A stretch of DNA of 64,000 nt from positions 1 through 64,000 of the forward strand of contig JAVECO010000054.1 of NCBI GenBank assembly GCA_051942205.1, written 5' to 3'. Source of the DNA: Coniocarpon cinnabarinum. Taxonomy: Eukaryota. The translations under genes and the position numbers were made by a program. Positions 1 through 13,800 of this stretch are shown here, piece after piece; positions within the stretch are counted from its first letter, which is position 1, and each line of letters begins with the position of its first letter. The notes under the pieces were generated by a model. The model had not been told where the DNA came from, searched no databases, and saw only the letters and a list, made by a program, of their open reading frames with translations.

Positions 1-430
1 TTATATTAATAAATTACTTAAGCAAAAATTTATTTAACTATTAAAGGTACTAGTTTCTTACTTACTATTCTTTATACTAAAGAAAGAAAATAAACTTTAA
101 CTAGTTATTAACTATTAGCAACTTAATAATATTATATAAAAGAATAGATATCTACTACTAAATATTAGTAAAATAATTAACTATCTTTAAGGTTCTAAAC
201 TCTTTATAAAAATAGACCTATATAGCGCCTTTAGCCTAATCTAGATTAAAGAAAAAGATAAGTAAAAGATAGCTTTTAAAATACTATCTAGTATATATAA
301 GTACCTTATTATACCTTTTAGACTTACTAATATACCTATAACCTTTTAAAAATATATTAATAATATTTTATATAAGTATCTTAATATCTTTATACTTATA
401 TATCTTAATAATATTATTATCTTTTCTAAG

Positions 431-837
431 TGTTACGCCGCTAGGCTAATTTTAGAAGTTAGCACAGCCCTATTATAAGCGGACGCAGCTAGCCTTACAA
501 CCTAATATTTATTAATATTAAAGAATATAAGAAGGGCCTATAACTAGTTATAAAGGTTATAGTAACCTTAGTAACTAGGTTATAGAGAAACTAGTAACCT
601 TACTATCTATATAGCTAGACTAAAGGGCGGCCCTTAGGTAAACTTTAGTCTACTAACTTATAGTTTAAATATACTCTATTTATACTAAGTTATAAGCTTT
701 ATACTTTACTAAAACCTTTTATTTCTAATTTAAAGAGACTTAAGAGCAAGTTTTTTAGCTTTAGAATCTTTAGCTCTCTTTCTAACTATATTATAAAAGG
801 AAGCTACTAAGACATTACTATCTAACTCTATATAACA
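431..837 (+). repeat. 5' LTR of element A
   Basis: Direct repeat of 7314-7720, differing almost only by C>T/G>A; starts TGTTACG, ends AACA. Confidence 0.95.
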
Positions 838-3800
838 CTTTAGTAGACTCTAGAAAGAGACTAAGTTCTATTATAAATAAGATATCTATTGTATTAGGAC
901 TAACTTTACGCTATCCCTAGGCTTAGTCCTTAGAGAATAGGTAGACTAATCTAGTAATTATAGTAGCTATATCTATAGTAGGTAATATATCTAAAGTAAA
1001 TATTAAAATAAAGGAAACCTTTAATAGTAATTAGAATAAACTAATCTTATTTTTTATTAAGCTTAAATCTATGTTTAAGGTTAATAATAATAATTTCTTA
1101 AATAAACTAACTAAGGTACTTTTTATAGCTTTCTATCTAAAAGAGGATATAGCTAAATAGTTTAACTTCTATATAGAAGATTAGCTATATAAGACTTTAT
1201 ATAATTATCTTCTAAAAACTAACAGTTACTTTAGTAGTTATATATACTTTAAAAAGAAACTTAATAAAATCTATAGAGACTAAGATATTAAGCGTACTAC
1301 TATATAAAAAATTAAGTACCTCTAATAAATAGGATCTATTACTAAGTATATAGCTAAATACCTCTAGTATTTAACTAAGACTAGATAAAATAAAAAACCT
1401 CTTATAGATATATTTTATAATAGTCTTAAGAATTATATTAAAGAAAAAATTAATAATCTTACTAAATTTAACAATTTTAAAGATATAATAGAAAAAGCAT
1501 AACTTATTAATTAACATAACTATAAATAGTAGCTTAAAAAGAAAGGTAGCAAGTTCTTTAGAGAATTTTAGGGTTAGTATAAGGACTATAGAGACCTAAT
1601 ATAGAGAATTAAGTATATAGAACTTAGGCCTTATAGAAAGCTTATATAATAAAAACAAGAGCACTAGATAAAAAATAAGCTTTACCTTTACTATAGCAAG
1701 CTAGGGTACTAAGTTAATTAGTGCTAATAAAAGAAATCTACTAACAAAATTAATTAATTAAAGAAACCCTAATAGTAGATCTATACACTTAAGTTATAAT
1801 CTAATATAACTAGGGAGGAGATACTAGTTATAATTAAGACTAAGGTTATAAATAGCCTAACCCTCTTTACTTAAACTTTAAAAATTATTAAGAGAGCAGA
1901 GGACCTACTTATAAATTATAAAGTAAACCTATAAAAAATATAGAAAATATATAGACAAATAGATTAGAATTAGCAAGATATTAAGAAACTTTAAGAGTAC
2001 CTTAAGTAATAATAAGAATAGGATTTTCTAGGCAGATTATTAAATATAGTTAAAAAATAACCTTACTTACTAACTATAAACTATAATATAGAACAAGACA
2101 AAGAACTAGAAATAGTTAAACCTAAGGAACTTTATTAACTAGCCTAAAATATACTTAAGAGGCTAGAATTACCTAAATATAATTATTTAACCTAGCATAA
2201 GTATATCTAAGACCTAATACTAGAACAATAAAGTAGATTCTAGGATAGATTTATTAACTAGAACAAATCTAAGAGAATATCTTAGGAAGATATTAAGAAT
2301 ATATAACAAGACTAAAACTCTTATAAATAAAACTTACCTCTAAGAGTATAAGTACTAGTAAAGAAACGCTTAGAGTATAATAATAATAGCACTAACCCTA
2401 AATATCTAGAATATTTAAAATTATCTTAGATAGAATATTATAATAACACCTATAAAGTTTATATTTTAGATAAAGAAGGTATAGAATAGTTCCTACAATA
2501 TCCTTAGAAGTATATCTTTATAGCAATTAAATACGCCTTAACACCCTTTTTACCTAAATCTTAAGATTAGATAGGTAACTTATCTTATAACAAATCTTAG
2601 GCACTTAGTTAGCTTAAATCTAAAGCGCTATAATAAGAACTTTAAGTAGATAACAATAAATCTAACACTAGCAACAATAATAATAATTCTAACTCTAAAA
2701 GCAAGTATTTAGTAGAACAAGAAATTATAAAGTAATACTAGACTAGTATACTTTAGAGACTTTATATAATTACCTTTTATAAAGGTAGGTAAAGTACTAA
2801 ATATAGACTAGATAACCTATAGAAGTATATTAAAATACGCCTATAGAACCTTATTAAGTATATAATTAGTATATTATAGTTAAAACGCGAGTATAATATA
2901 AATAGCCTAACAAGTATTAGCCTAATAATACATTAAATTATAACTCTAGATAGTTAAAAAATTACTATCTTAGAATAAGGAGAAATTAATTACTAATTTA
3001 AGCTAACTAGAATCTACCTATTAATATCTTTTTTAGGATAACTTAAAGGTAAGTAGCGCCTCCTTAATAGTTTAATACAATTATACGCTTAATTAACTAG
3101 ACTAACCCTCTATTATTCTTAATAATTAGACAAGAAAGAGAGAGGCTAAGCCTAGACATAATAATAGTAAAATCTTTTAATCTAAAAATATTAACTATTA
3201 TTATTTAGTTAAATAATAGAATTATTTAAGTTCTTCTTAACTTTAGCGTATTTAGGAATTTTATATTAATACAATATATAAAATACTATAGATTATAAAT
3301 ATAGAGAAAATACTATATATATTACTTAGATATAGCAGATAGTAACTCTATTAACTATAATAATAGACTAGTTAATATAGAAACTTCTTTAATAAACATA
3401 CAGATATAAAATTATAAAGAAGATATTACTTTTAATATTATAAACGTTAGACAAAACCTAGTAGTACTAGGATAACCCTAGATTATATAATATAACCTTA
3501 ATATAAATTAGGCTACTAAAAAGGTCCTCTTTATAAGGTATAATTACTTATAAGATTATATATTATTCTATAGAATAGATACCCTATAGGCCTAAATAGG
3601 GAGTAAGGATAAGAAGCATAATAAAGAAATTATAATAGCTTATACTACTAAACTCTAATAATATAATAACTTAGAAGAAGATATTAGTCTAACTTCTAGA
3701 GTTGTACTATATATAGCTTATAAATAGAGTTAGGGCTAATAATCTTATACAAGTACTCTAAAGGTAAAGAAGATACTAAAGGAATATAGCTAATTCTACT

Positions 3801-6800
3801 ATTTATTTAGAGAAAAAGAGCTAGTCTTCGCTCTCCTAAAATATTAACTATAGAATTATTTTATACCTTTACTACTAGATTAGTAACTAATATTTAGACT
3901 AATTTACTTACTTTTAAAAAAAGAGAAAGAAGTATAAAAAAAATAAATTATAACGCTTCTAGCAAAAAGATATATTATTAAATTATTATTACTAGCTACT
4001 TCGCTAATACTCTTTATACTAAAAAAGAATAGTAAGCTATAAATATATGTTAATTATTAGTCGCTTAATAATAAGATAGTTAAAGATTAATTACCCCTAC
4101 CTCTTACTAATAAAATCTAAGATAACCTTTATAGTATAAAGGTATTTATATTACTTAATATTATATTAGTATATAATAAAATTTAAATAGACAAAAAATA
4201 TTAATAGCTTACTACTATAAGAACTAATATAGAACTCTATAAATAGTAAGTTATACCTTTTAGTTTAATAAATACTCTAGTAATATTTTAGAAGTTTATT
4301 AATAATATATTAAAGCAATACCTAGGCGTATTTTACTACATATATATAGATAATATACTAATCTACTTAAAGATAATTTAAGAATATAAAACATATATTT
4401 AAAAGATATTAAAATATTTAGCTAAAGCTAATCTTTAGCTTAACCCTAACAAGTACGAATTCTATAAGAAATTAGTTAAATTTTTAGGATTTATAATTAT
4501 AGCTAATAGTTTTAAGATAGAAAAATCTAAAGTCTAAGTAGTCCTTAACTAGCTAGAATTAAAATTAGTTAAAGAAGTTTAATAGTTCTTAGGCTTTACT
4601 AATTTCTACTAACATTAGATTAAAGATTATTTAAAAATTATCTTACTACTAACTAAATTAACTAAATTAGACAAACCTTAGAAATAGATAGAAATAGAGA
4701 GAAACGCTTTTAATAAAATTAAGGAAAGCTTTAAAATAGGTATAGTACTTATAATATTTAATCCTAATCTACTAATTACTCTAAAAACTAACTTAAGTAA
4801 CTTTACTATTAGAGTAAGTATTAGTTAACTATATTAGAGAAAGCTATAACTAATAGTCTTCTATTTAAGAAAGCTTTTACTAATAGAAGTTAGATATAAT
4901 ATCTATAATAAGGAGCTTTAAGCTATTATTATATTATACAAGTAATAGAGACACTACTTTAAAGATATAAAATATACTATCTAGGTCTATACTAACTATC
5001 TAAACCTTACCTACTTTATAATAATAAAACGGCTTAATAGATAATAAGGCCGCTAGGTTAAAATTTTGTTACCTTATAATTTAAAGATTAACTATAAGAA
5101 AGGATCTAAAAATATAAGAGTAGATACTCTAAGCTAATAACTAGACTATATAAAAGACAAACCTAAGTTAAATTATATAATATTTATAAAATAAGGGAAT
5201 ATAATATATTATTAGAGGTATAAGCTTATAGAACTAAAAGTAAGCACTATTAAGCTAGATTATATACTTAAATTAATTAAATAAGAGACTCTAAAGGACC
5301 TAGAGATTTAATAAACTAATAAAATAAGTTAGTAAAATAATTTAGCCTTAAAAAGATTAGATTATAGATATTATAAGTTTTAGGGTAGAATCTACGTCCC
5401 TAGGAAACTAATAACCTAGGTTATCTTTAATTTTTATAACTTACTAACCTATAGATACCCTAGTATTAAGCAAACGCTTGAACAAATTATAAGAACGTAC
5501 TATTTTCTAAAAATAAGACAATAAGTAAATAACTATATTTAAAGATATAACATCTATATATAAATAAAATACTCTAGGCATTTACTATATAGAGAACCCT
5601 AATATACCAAGATCCTACTATAACTATAGTATACTATTACTTTAGATTTTGTGATTAAACTACTAAAATTAAATTTTATAGAACAAAGAAAATATAATAT
5701 AGTTTATATAGTTATAGATAAACCAACTAAGTTTATATACTTCCTACCTATATATAAAGCTTTAACTATAGAATCTATAGTAAAAAGAATTATTACTTAT
5801 ATTTAGGTAATATATAGAACTCTAAAAAAAATAATATTAGATAGAGATTAAAAGTTTATCTTAAAATTTTAGAAGAGAATAACTTTAGCACTTAGAATTA
5901 TTTATAGAATATTAATAGCATACTATCTATAAATAGACAGGTAGACTAAACAAACTAACTAAACTTTAGAATAATACTTATAAATATTTGTTAACTACGA
6001 CCAAAACAACTAGGCAGATCTATTATTAACTATAATAGCGGCCTATAATATTTTAAAAAATAAAATAACTTAATTCTTACCTTTTAAGTCTCTATATAGA
6101 TTCCTACTACTATTTAGAAGAACAGTTCTCTATACTATAAATAATTAAGAAGTAGTATAGTTTATAGATAAAACTAAATAAATTTAATAGTAGCTTTAGG
6201 ATAATATTATATTCTTATAATTAAGAACTTCTAAGTTTACTAAGTACTCTCTAATACTATCTAACCTTAAAGAAGGGGGTAGAGCATACCTGCTTATAAA
6301 AAATATTAAGACTTAGAGACTAAGTAAGAAATTAGATTATATAAAAACTAAACTATTTAAGATTCTTAAATAAATTAGAAAAGTTAACTTTAAGCTTAAA
6401 TTACTACTATAAATAAGAATATATCTAGTATTTTATATTATACTACTTAAACTAGTATATAGTAATAAGCTAGAATAATCTAACCTAGCTATTAATAGAA
6501 AGGATTAAAAACTAGAATATAAGGTTAAAATAATCTTATTAAAATAAATATAATAAAAATAAACCTAATACCTAATTAAGTAGAAGGGATATAGAGACTA
6601 TAAGAATACTTAAGAACTACTTAAGAACCTAATAGGTTACTAGGATTTAATCTAGAGGTATTACTAGAACTACTAGATAATAATATACCCTATAACTAAG
6701 GATCTAGTAATAATAGATCTATACCTTAAAAATTAAATAATATATCTCTTTAAAGAATTAGAATAGGACCTAATTCTAACGTAGTATTTACTACCTCCTA

Positions 6801-7313
6801 AGTATCTAAAAACTCTACCTTCTTAGTAAACTACTCTCTTTAATAAGCCTCTACCTACTCTTCCTCTTTCTATACTACTAATAGAGCACGCTTTAGCGCC
6901 TTTTTATACTTTTTAATATAAGTAAGCTTAACTTCTAATTTATCCCCTAAAAAGAGTTAGGCATATAATAGTATAGCTAATAAGAGGATATATACTCTAA
7001 CTCTCTTACCTAGGCGTTATATTTAGAGCTATAATTGCTATATATATAGTAAGTATATACGCAATAAATTTAAGGGGCTACCTAATAGACTATACTAGCC
7101 TTTTTATAAGAATTGCACTAAAGTATTCTAGGCTTAGATTTAGAGAATATTTTATTAGATAACTAGATATAACGACCCTTATAAGCTTTAGTATTACTTA
7201 AAGATATAATAGATATATATACTTGTAAGAATAATTAAGGTAATAATAGGTATTTAAGCACTTAAGAACTAGTCTTATAATTAAGAACAATTTATATAGA
7301 AGGGAAGGGATTA

Positions 7314-7720
7314 TATTACGCTACTAGGCTAATTTTAGAAGTTAGTATAGCCCTATTATAAGCAGACATAGCTAGCCTTATAACCTAATATTTATTAATA
7401 TTAAAGGATATAAGAAAGGCCTATAACTAGTTATAAAGGTTATAGTAACCTTAGTAACTAGGTTATAGAGAAACTAGTAACCTTACTATCTATATAGCTA
7501 GACTAAAGGGCGGCTCTTAGGCAAACTTTAGTCTACTAACTTATAGTTTAAATATACTCTATTTATACTAAGTTATAAGCTTTATACTTTACTAAAACCC
7601 TTTATTCCTAACTTAAAGAGACTTAAGAGCGAGTCCTCTAGCTTTAGAACCTCTAGCTCTCTTTCTAACTATATTGTAAAAGGAAGCCACTAAGGGATTA
7701 CCATCCAACCCCGCGTAACA
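7314..7720 (+). repeat. 3' LTR of element A
   Basis: Direct repeat of 431-837; preceded by the PPT; ends CGTAACA, followed by TSD CTAAG. Confidence 0.95.
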
Positions 7721-10707
7721 CTAAGATACTTAAAAAATATTAGAAATATATTAAATAGGTATTATAGTAACTTAATAAATATAAGTTATAAGTTAACCTT
7801 AATAAATATAAATTCTATATTAAAGAAATAAAGTTTTTTAGATTTATTATTAAAGGTAATAAGATAAAAATATCTAATAATAAAATTAAAGTAATTATTA
7901 AATAGCTAATACTAAAGACTATTAAAGATATTTAGTTATTTTTAAGCTTTAGAAATTTTTATTAATAGTTTATTAAAGAATATTTTAAAGAAGGAAAAGC
8001 CTTTATAGAGCTTATTAAGAAAGACTTACCTTTTATATAGAGTAATAATTAATAATAAGCTTTTAATAAACTTAAAGAATAATTTACCTAAAAACTAGTT
8101 ATATATACCTTTAACTATAATAAACTAATTACTATTAAAATAGATACCTCTAACTATACTATTAGAGCTTGTCTATTATAACTAGACAAGAATAGAAAGT
8201 TATACCCTATTATATACTATTTATAAATACTTACTAAGCCTAAGCTTAACTATAATATCTATAATAAGAAGCTACTAATAATTATTAACTCTCTTAAGTA
8301 CTAGAAGATCTATTATATAATTCTAAAATATTAGATTTAAGTTCTTATAGATTATTAGAACCTTATATACTTTATAATAAGTATAATACTTAATAAATAA
8401 TTAGTATAATAAGTAGAGGAACTTATAAACTTTAATATTAATATTTTCTACTAACCTAGAGTAGATAATATAAAAGTAGATGCTCTATCCTACTAACTAG
8501 ATTACCTAAAGAATAAAATATAGGTTTTATATATAATACTTAAGAAAAATCTAGATAGAATACCTTTAAATAACTTAATTAATCTTAATACTCTTTTTTA
8601 AATTAAGTAATATAATATTATAAAGTAATTTCTAGATAAATATTAAAAGAATCTAAAATATAAGTATATTAAGAGAATTCTTACTAAAGACCCTAATAGT
8701 TAACTTTTTAAATACTATAGACTTATCTATATACTATCCTAATAATATAAGTTCTTTATTAGAGACTATTATAAATAGGGATACTAAGGTACTATAGTAA
8801 TAGTTAAGAAGATTACCTAGAAATACTTTATTTCTAGCTTATAACATAAAATATAGTAAGTTTATAATAAATATAATATTTATTTAAGATCTTAATAGAA
8901 TAGATATAAAGCTTATAGTAAATTATAACTACTTCTATTACCTAATAAGCCTTAGCAAATAGTTATAATTAACTTTATTACTAACCTACTATAATTAGTT
9001 AACCTAAGTAATTTTTTAACTTATAACTTAATTTGCGTTATTATAGATAAACTTATAAAGTACTTCTACTTTATCCTAATAATCTTTATATTAATAGTAT
9101 CTAGATTTATATTTATCTTTCTTTAGCACGTTATATTATAATATAGTACACTAGAATAGATAATTTTAGATTATAATAAACTATTTATATTATACTTCTA
9201 GAGATTACTTATATTACTTATAAAAATTAAAAGAAAGCTTAGTACTTTATTCTATCTATAGATAGATAGATAAACTAAACAAATAAACTAAATATTAGAA
9301 GAGTTTCTTAGAAAATATATTAACTACTAATAGAATAATTAGGTATTATTTTTACTACTAGTATAATTTATATATAATTTAAGCTACTCCTAGCTAACTA
9401 AAGAAACGCTATTTTTTACTAACTATGGATTAAATTTTAAGTTAATATATAGTTTAATTATAAAAAGAAGCCTAGTAGCTTAAGTAAAAATATTATACTA
9501 ACAACTCTAAGACTTATACTATACTCTATATATTAAATATAGCTTCTTAAACTAAAAAATAAGTTACTACGCTAATTAATAAAGATCTAAGAGTCTAGAT
9601 CTAAAGAAGAGGGATACTATCTACTTATAAAAAAAAATATTAAAATAATATAACTAAGTAATAAACTAGATTTTATAAAGCTTAGACCCTTTAGGATTTT
9701 AAAGAAACTTAGACCTATAATATATAAGTTATAACTACTAGATACTATAAAAATATACTCTATATTTTATATCTTATTACTAGAACTAACTATAAATTAG
9801 AAAATAATAGAGTAAGTATTAATCTATAAAGACTTATAAAATCTTAAGTATAAAGTTAAGTCTATACTTAATTACTAATAATCTAAGAAAAGATAAGAAT
9901 ATCTTATTAAATAGAAAGAATATAATAATAAGAAAAATATATAGAAACTAATTAAGAACCTAATCTATTACTAAAAAAGGTTATACTATTATTAATTATA
10001 GTATTTAAATCTTTAATAGTAGTACTCTTTACTATAAAACTAAGGCTACTACTAGATACCTAACTAACTTCTTTCTAATAAGTAAGATTTTTTTTAATTT
10101 CTAATAGGTAATTATATTTTATATAACTTATACTATCTCTATTAAGATTAAACTACTTATAATCTAATATATTCTTTTAATAGAGTAGATTAAGCTTCTT
10201 TTAAGTATAACGCTTATCTTTAAGCCTCTCCTTCTCTTTAAAATTCTAATACTATTTAGTAATCTTATTCTAATAAGTAGCTAAGAAATTTACTAAGAAA
10301 TATATTAGAGGCTAGAACTAATAATATAAGAGTTAGTATACTTATTATTAATATTTATTATATAAATATTATATTTTAGGCAACTATTTTTATAAGGCTT
10401 ATATATAGTTTTATAAGCTATATACTAGTAGAACTAGTTCTTTAATTTATAGTTTAAGTATAAAGATATATTATTTATAATTAGTTTACCTATCTACTAG
10501 AACCTTTTTAGGGTATATTTAAGAATACTAAAGAAAAAAGGTTTATAAGAATCTTTAATAACTTTAAAAATATAGCTACTTTATATAATACTATTAGTAG
10601 TATTCTTATAAAAAAGTATAATAGCTTACTAATATAAATAGAATAGCGCCTACTATTTATATACTATAGCTTAGTTATTTAAGATAAATAACCTATAGAG
10701 AGGCTAA

Positions 10708-10894
10708 TATTATACTATACCTTATTAGTAGTATATAGGTTATATATACCTATATAGAACTATACTAGTATATTATAACTCTAATATATTAAGATATGCT
10801 TATCTATAGGGCTATATATATAAAAGTTATATAAGCTCTTATTAGTTCTATTACTTCTATATAATAGAGGTAATAGAAGAAATAGAGTATAATA
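10708..10894 (+). repeat. Putative 3' LTR of element B
   Basis: Follows a purine tract; bounded by inverted termini TATTATACT...AGTATAATA (RIPed TG...CA). The partner LTR is outside the window, so this is unconfirmed. Confidence 0.55.
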
Positions 10895-13800
10895 TATTTA
10901 CTTATACCTTAGTCTATATAGTCTAATAGTAAGCCTACCTCTTTCTTAGGCTTAATATTATTTAAATTTAGAATTAACTTAACTTATAAGTTATAAACTA
11001 TTAAACTAATTATTTACTAGTTTATAGTATATCTTACTTTCTTAGATAGTACTACTACTATTAAATAAAGTAACCTTTACTATAGTAGTATACTAGTTAC
11101 TCTTCTCTATAGCTCTTACTATCTTTATCCCTTTATATTATTCTTTATTATATTCTTCTATAGTAAAGGTTCTTAGCTCTAGGATAGCCCTACGCCTTCT
11201 TAGCTACTTAAGGTGCTAGCCCCTTTGTAGAGGCGTTATATCTAGTTAGATATTTAATACTTTAAAGTAATTAATACTTCAAAAGATAAAATTTATTAAT
11301 ATATTTCTCTATATTAGTATAAACTTATCTAAGAAGGTAGTTTCTAAAATTGCTTATATTCCTTCTAAGCTACTAATATTAAATATAATAGGTTCTATAA
11401 AAGTTAGTATTCTTATAATAGTTATAATCTAGTATATAATACTACTATTTTAGAATACTATATCTTATCTATCTATAATATAAAGTAGATAGATATATTC
11501 TAGTTTCTTTCTAATAAGGGTTTCTTAAATATAGTTAACTATATTAAAATTAATAAAATTAACCTTTACTCTAAAATTAATAAGAATTATAACTAGTATA
11601 CTATTAAGTAATACTTTAATATACTATAGATCTAGTAGTTTTAAATAGAGAGTATTAAGTTAAGATAAGAAGTCTAGAATTGTTACTTTAAGCCTCCTTA
11701 TTTTAGAGTAACTTAATCTTTTAACTACTTAATAACTTCTTTATTAATATAGTACTAGTAAGTACTAATTATATATATTATACTATCTTAAAAATATTTA
11801 TATAAAGCCTCTTTTAAATTTATAATTTAAGTACTTTAGTAGCTATTACTATAATTAATAGGCGTAATAATAGTTTAGTCTAGTAATATAAGCTATTAGG
11901 TTAAGATATTAACTATAGAATTATTAAGAATCTTATCTTTATAGTAGTCCTTATCTTTATTAGAAGAAGAAAGTAAGTCTTCTATTTATTTAATTTCCTA
12001 TATATAAGAATAATACTTAATAGGTATATATTAATTTTAGTTAATAGTTCCTTATTTAGTATTAGTCTAAGTTACGCCTAGTATTATTTTTTTATCTTTC
12101 TAGGTAATATATTTTTATATAGGCAGTACTAGAGTTTTAGTCTTTTGTTTATATTTAGCTTATCTAAGTATTTTAAGTTAGTTCTTAAAAATATTCTTAA
12201 TTTTATAGTTATAGAGTTGCTCTAGTTTAGTGTCTAAGTCTTATCTTAGAGGACTAAGCTATTCTTTTTAATTATATAAGTCTAGTTGTTTATATTCTTC
12301 TAAAGTTAATTAAAATTACTATTCTCTATATAATTAAAAGAGTATTTTGCTTGCTTGCTTAATACTATTATTAGATTTTTTAATAAGAATAGACTTAAAT
12401 TAGGAATAGCTAACTTATAAGTCCCTTTTAAAGTATATTATCTAGGTATATATATTAAAGTATACTTTTCTCTATTTTTAGAGTTTATCTTTTTTAGTAT
12501 TTAAGTTATATTATAGTATATCTAGGATTTACTTAGTATTTATAATCTTTCTTTAGTTCTATTAGAAAAATAATACCTAATAGACTTTTTTGTCTATTAC
12601 TAAAAGTTATTATATATAGGTATCTAAGTATTACCTATTTCTTAGTAGCAGTTCTAATATTTATAATATTAATTTATATAGTATTTATAATACCTTTAGT
12701 AGGATTAAATTAAGTATATAGATAATTTCTATATTATTTTCTTTAATTAAGTAATTTACTAAATCTTATAATTTATTAGTTATTAATTCTTTAAGTATAT
12801 ATAGCTTTTAAGGTTAACCTTATTACTTACTTTTATCAGTAGTAGCTTTTTTATAGTCCTTAGCTCTATATTTTACTCTACTATAATATAAGTAAAGATT
12901 ATTTTTATATTAGTACTTTTATTTCTTATCTAAAAGCTTACCTCTCTTCTTACTCTTAGTAAGTATATAGGTAGTTATAATACCTTCTATAGGTTTAGTA
13001 ATATAGGTCTCTTTTTATTAAAAAGTATTTAGTATCTAGGTCTTATAACCCTATTTATTATATTTCTATTTATAAATCTACTAATCTACTTTAATAGTAT
13101 AGGCCTTAAGTAAATATACAGTATTAGGTTAGTTAATATATATTAATATATTTTTAATTTTATTATTAAGCCTATTATAGTAGTATATTTATAGAACTTT
13201 TTAGTTAAGTTTAGATAAGTATAAGTATTATATAAACTTACCTATATATTATATAGCTAGTAAATTTTCTTATTTAAGTTATTAGATCTTATATTAAGCT
13301 TTATATTTTAGATCTTCTTCTTTATATATTTCTCTAAGTATTACTATAAACCTAGTATAACTTATTATAAAGACAAGTATTTTTTTTATTGTCTACTCTA
13401 GACCTTATTAGTTCTAATTATATAGGATAGGTATAAACTAGTTAAGGGGTCTAGCATAAAGCTAAGCTTCTATAAAAGTAACTTTTATAATATTCTTAGC
13501 ATACCTTATTAGATTCATTATAAAAGTAAGCTTATAAAGAGCTAAGAATAGTTTAAGAGTAGCCTTATCTTTCTTATAAGGTTTAATTTTTACTAAGTTA
13601 GGTATTTTATTATCTAACTCTTAGTTAGATAGTAAGGTAAGTCTTAGTACGTCTAGCAACATTAAAGCTATATTACTAGAAGTGTCTAATCTATCTATAA
13701 GAGGTAGTTTACTAATAGTTTAAAAAGATTCTTCTTATTATTATATAAACTATTTAAGTTAATTTACTATAGCTTAATTAAAACTTAAAAATTTCTTAAT

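Larger units (their letters stand above)
431..7720 (+). mobile_element. Full-length RIP-degenerated Ty3/gypsy chromovirus element A
   Basis: Two 407-bp LTRs (431-837, 7314-7720), outer termini TG...CA, 5-bp TSD CTAAG at 426-430 and 7721-7725, PPT AGAAGGGAAGGGA before the 3' LTR. De-RIPed motifs: gag knuckle CLYCGKPGHQVNQC (~1683-1724), protease LLDSGA (~3235), RT YMDD (~4343), RNase H LETDSS (~4781), integrase, chromodomain (~6515-6620). Confidence 0.95.
1..10894 (+). mobile_element. RIP-degenerated Ty3/gypsy (chromovirus) LTR retrotransposon B; 5' part lies outside the window; interrupted by element A at 431-7720
   Basis: De-RIPed reading gives RT 'YLDDIIIFSK' ending at 430, resuming as 'TLEEHQKHVKQVL' after 7725. 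RNase H (~8130-8300), integrase (~8950-9420) and chromodomain 'EYEVE..YLIKWKGY..ENTWEP' (~9845-9960) follow. A purine tract (~10697-10703) precedes a putative 3' LTR. No ORFs survive; very high TpA. Confidence 0.85.
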
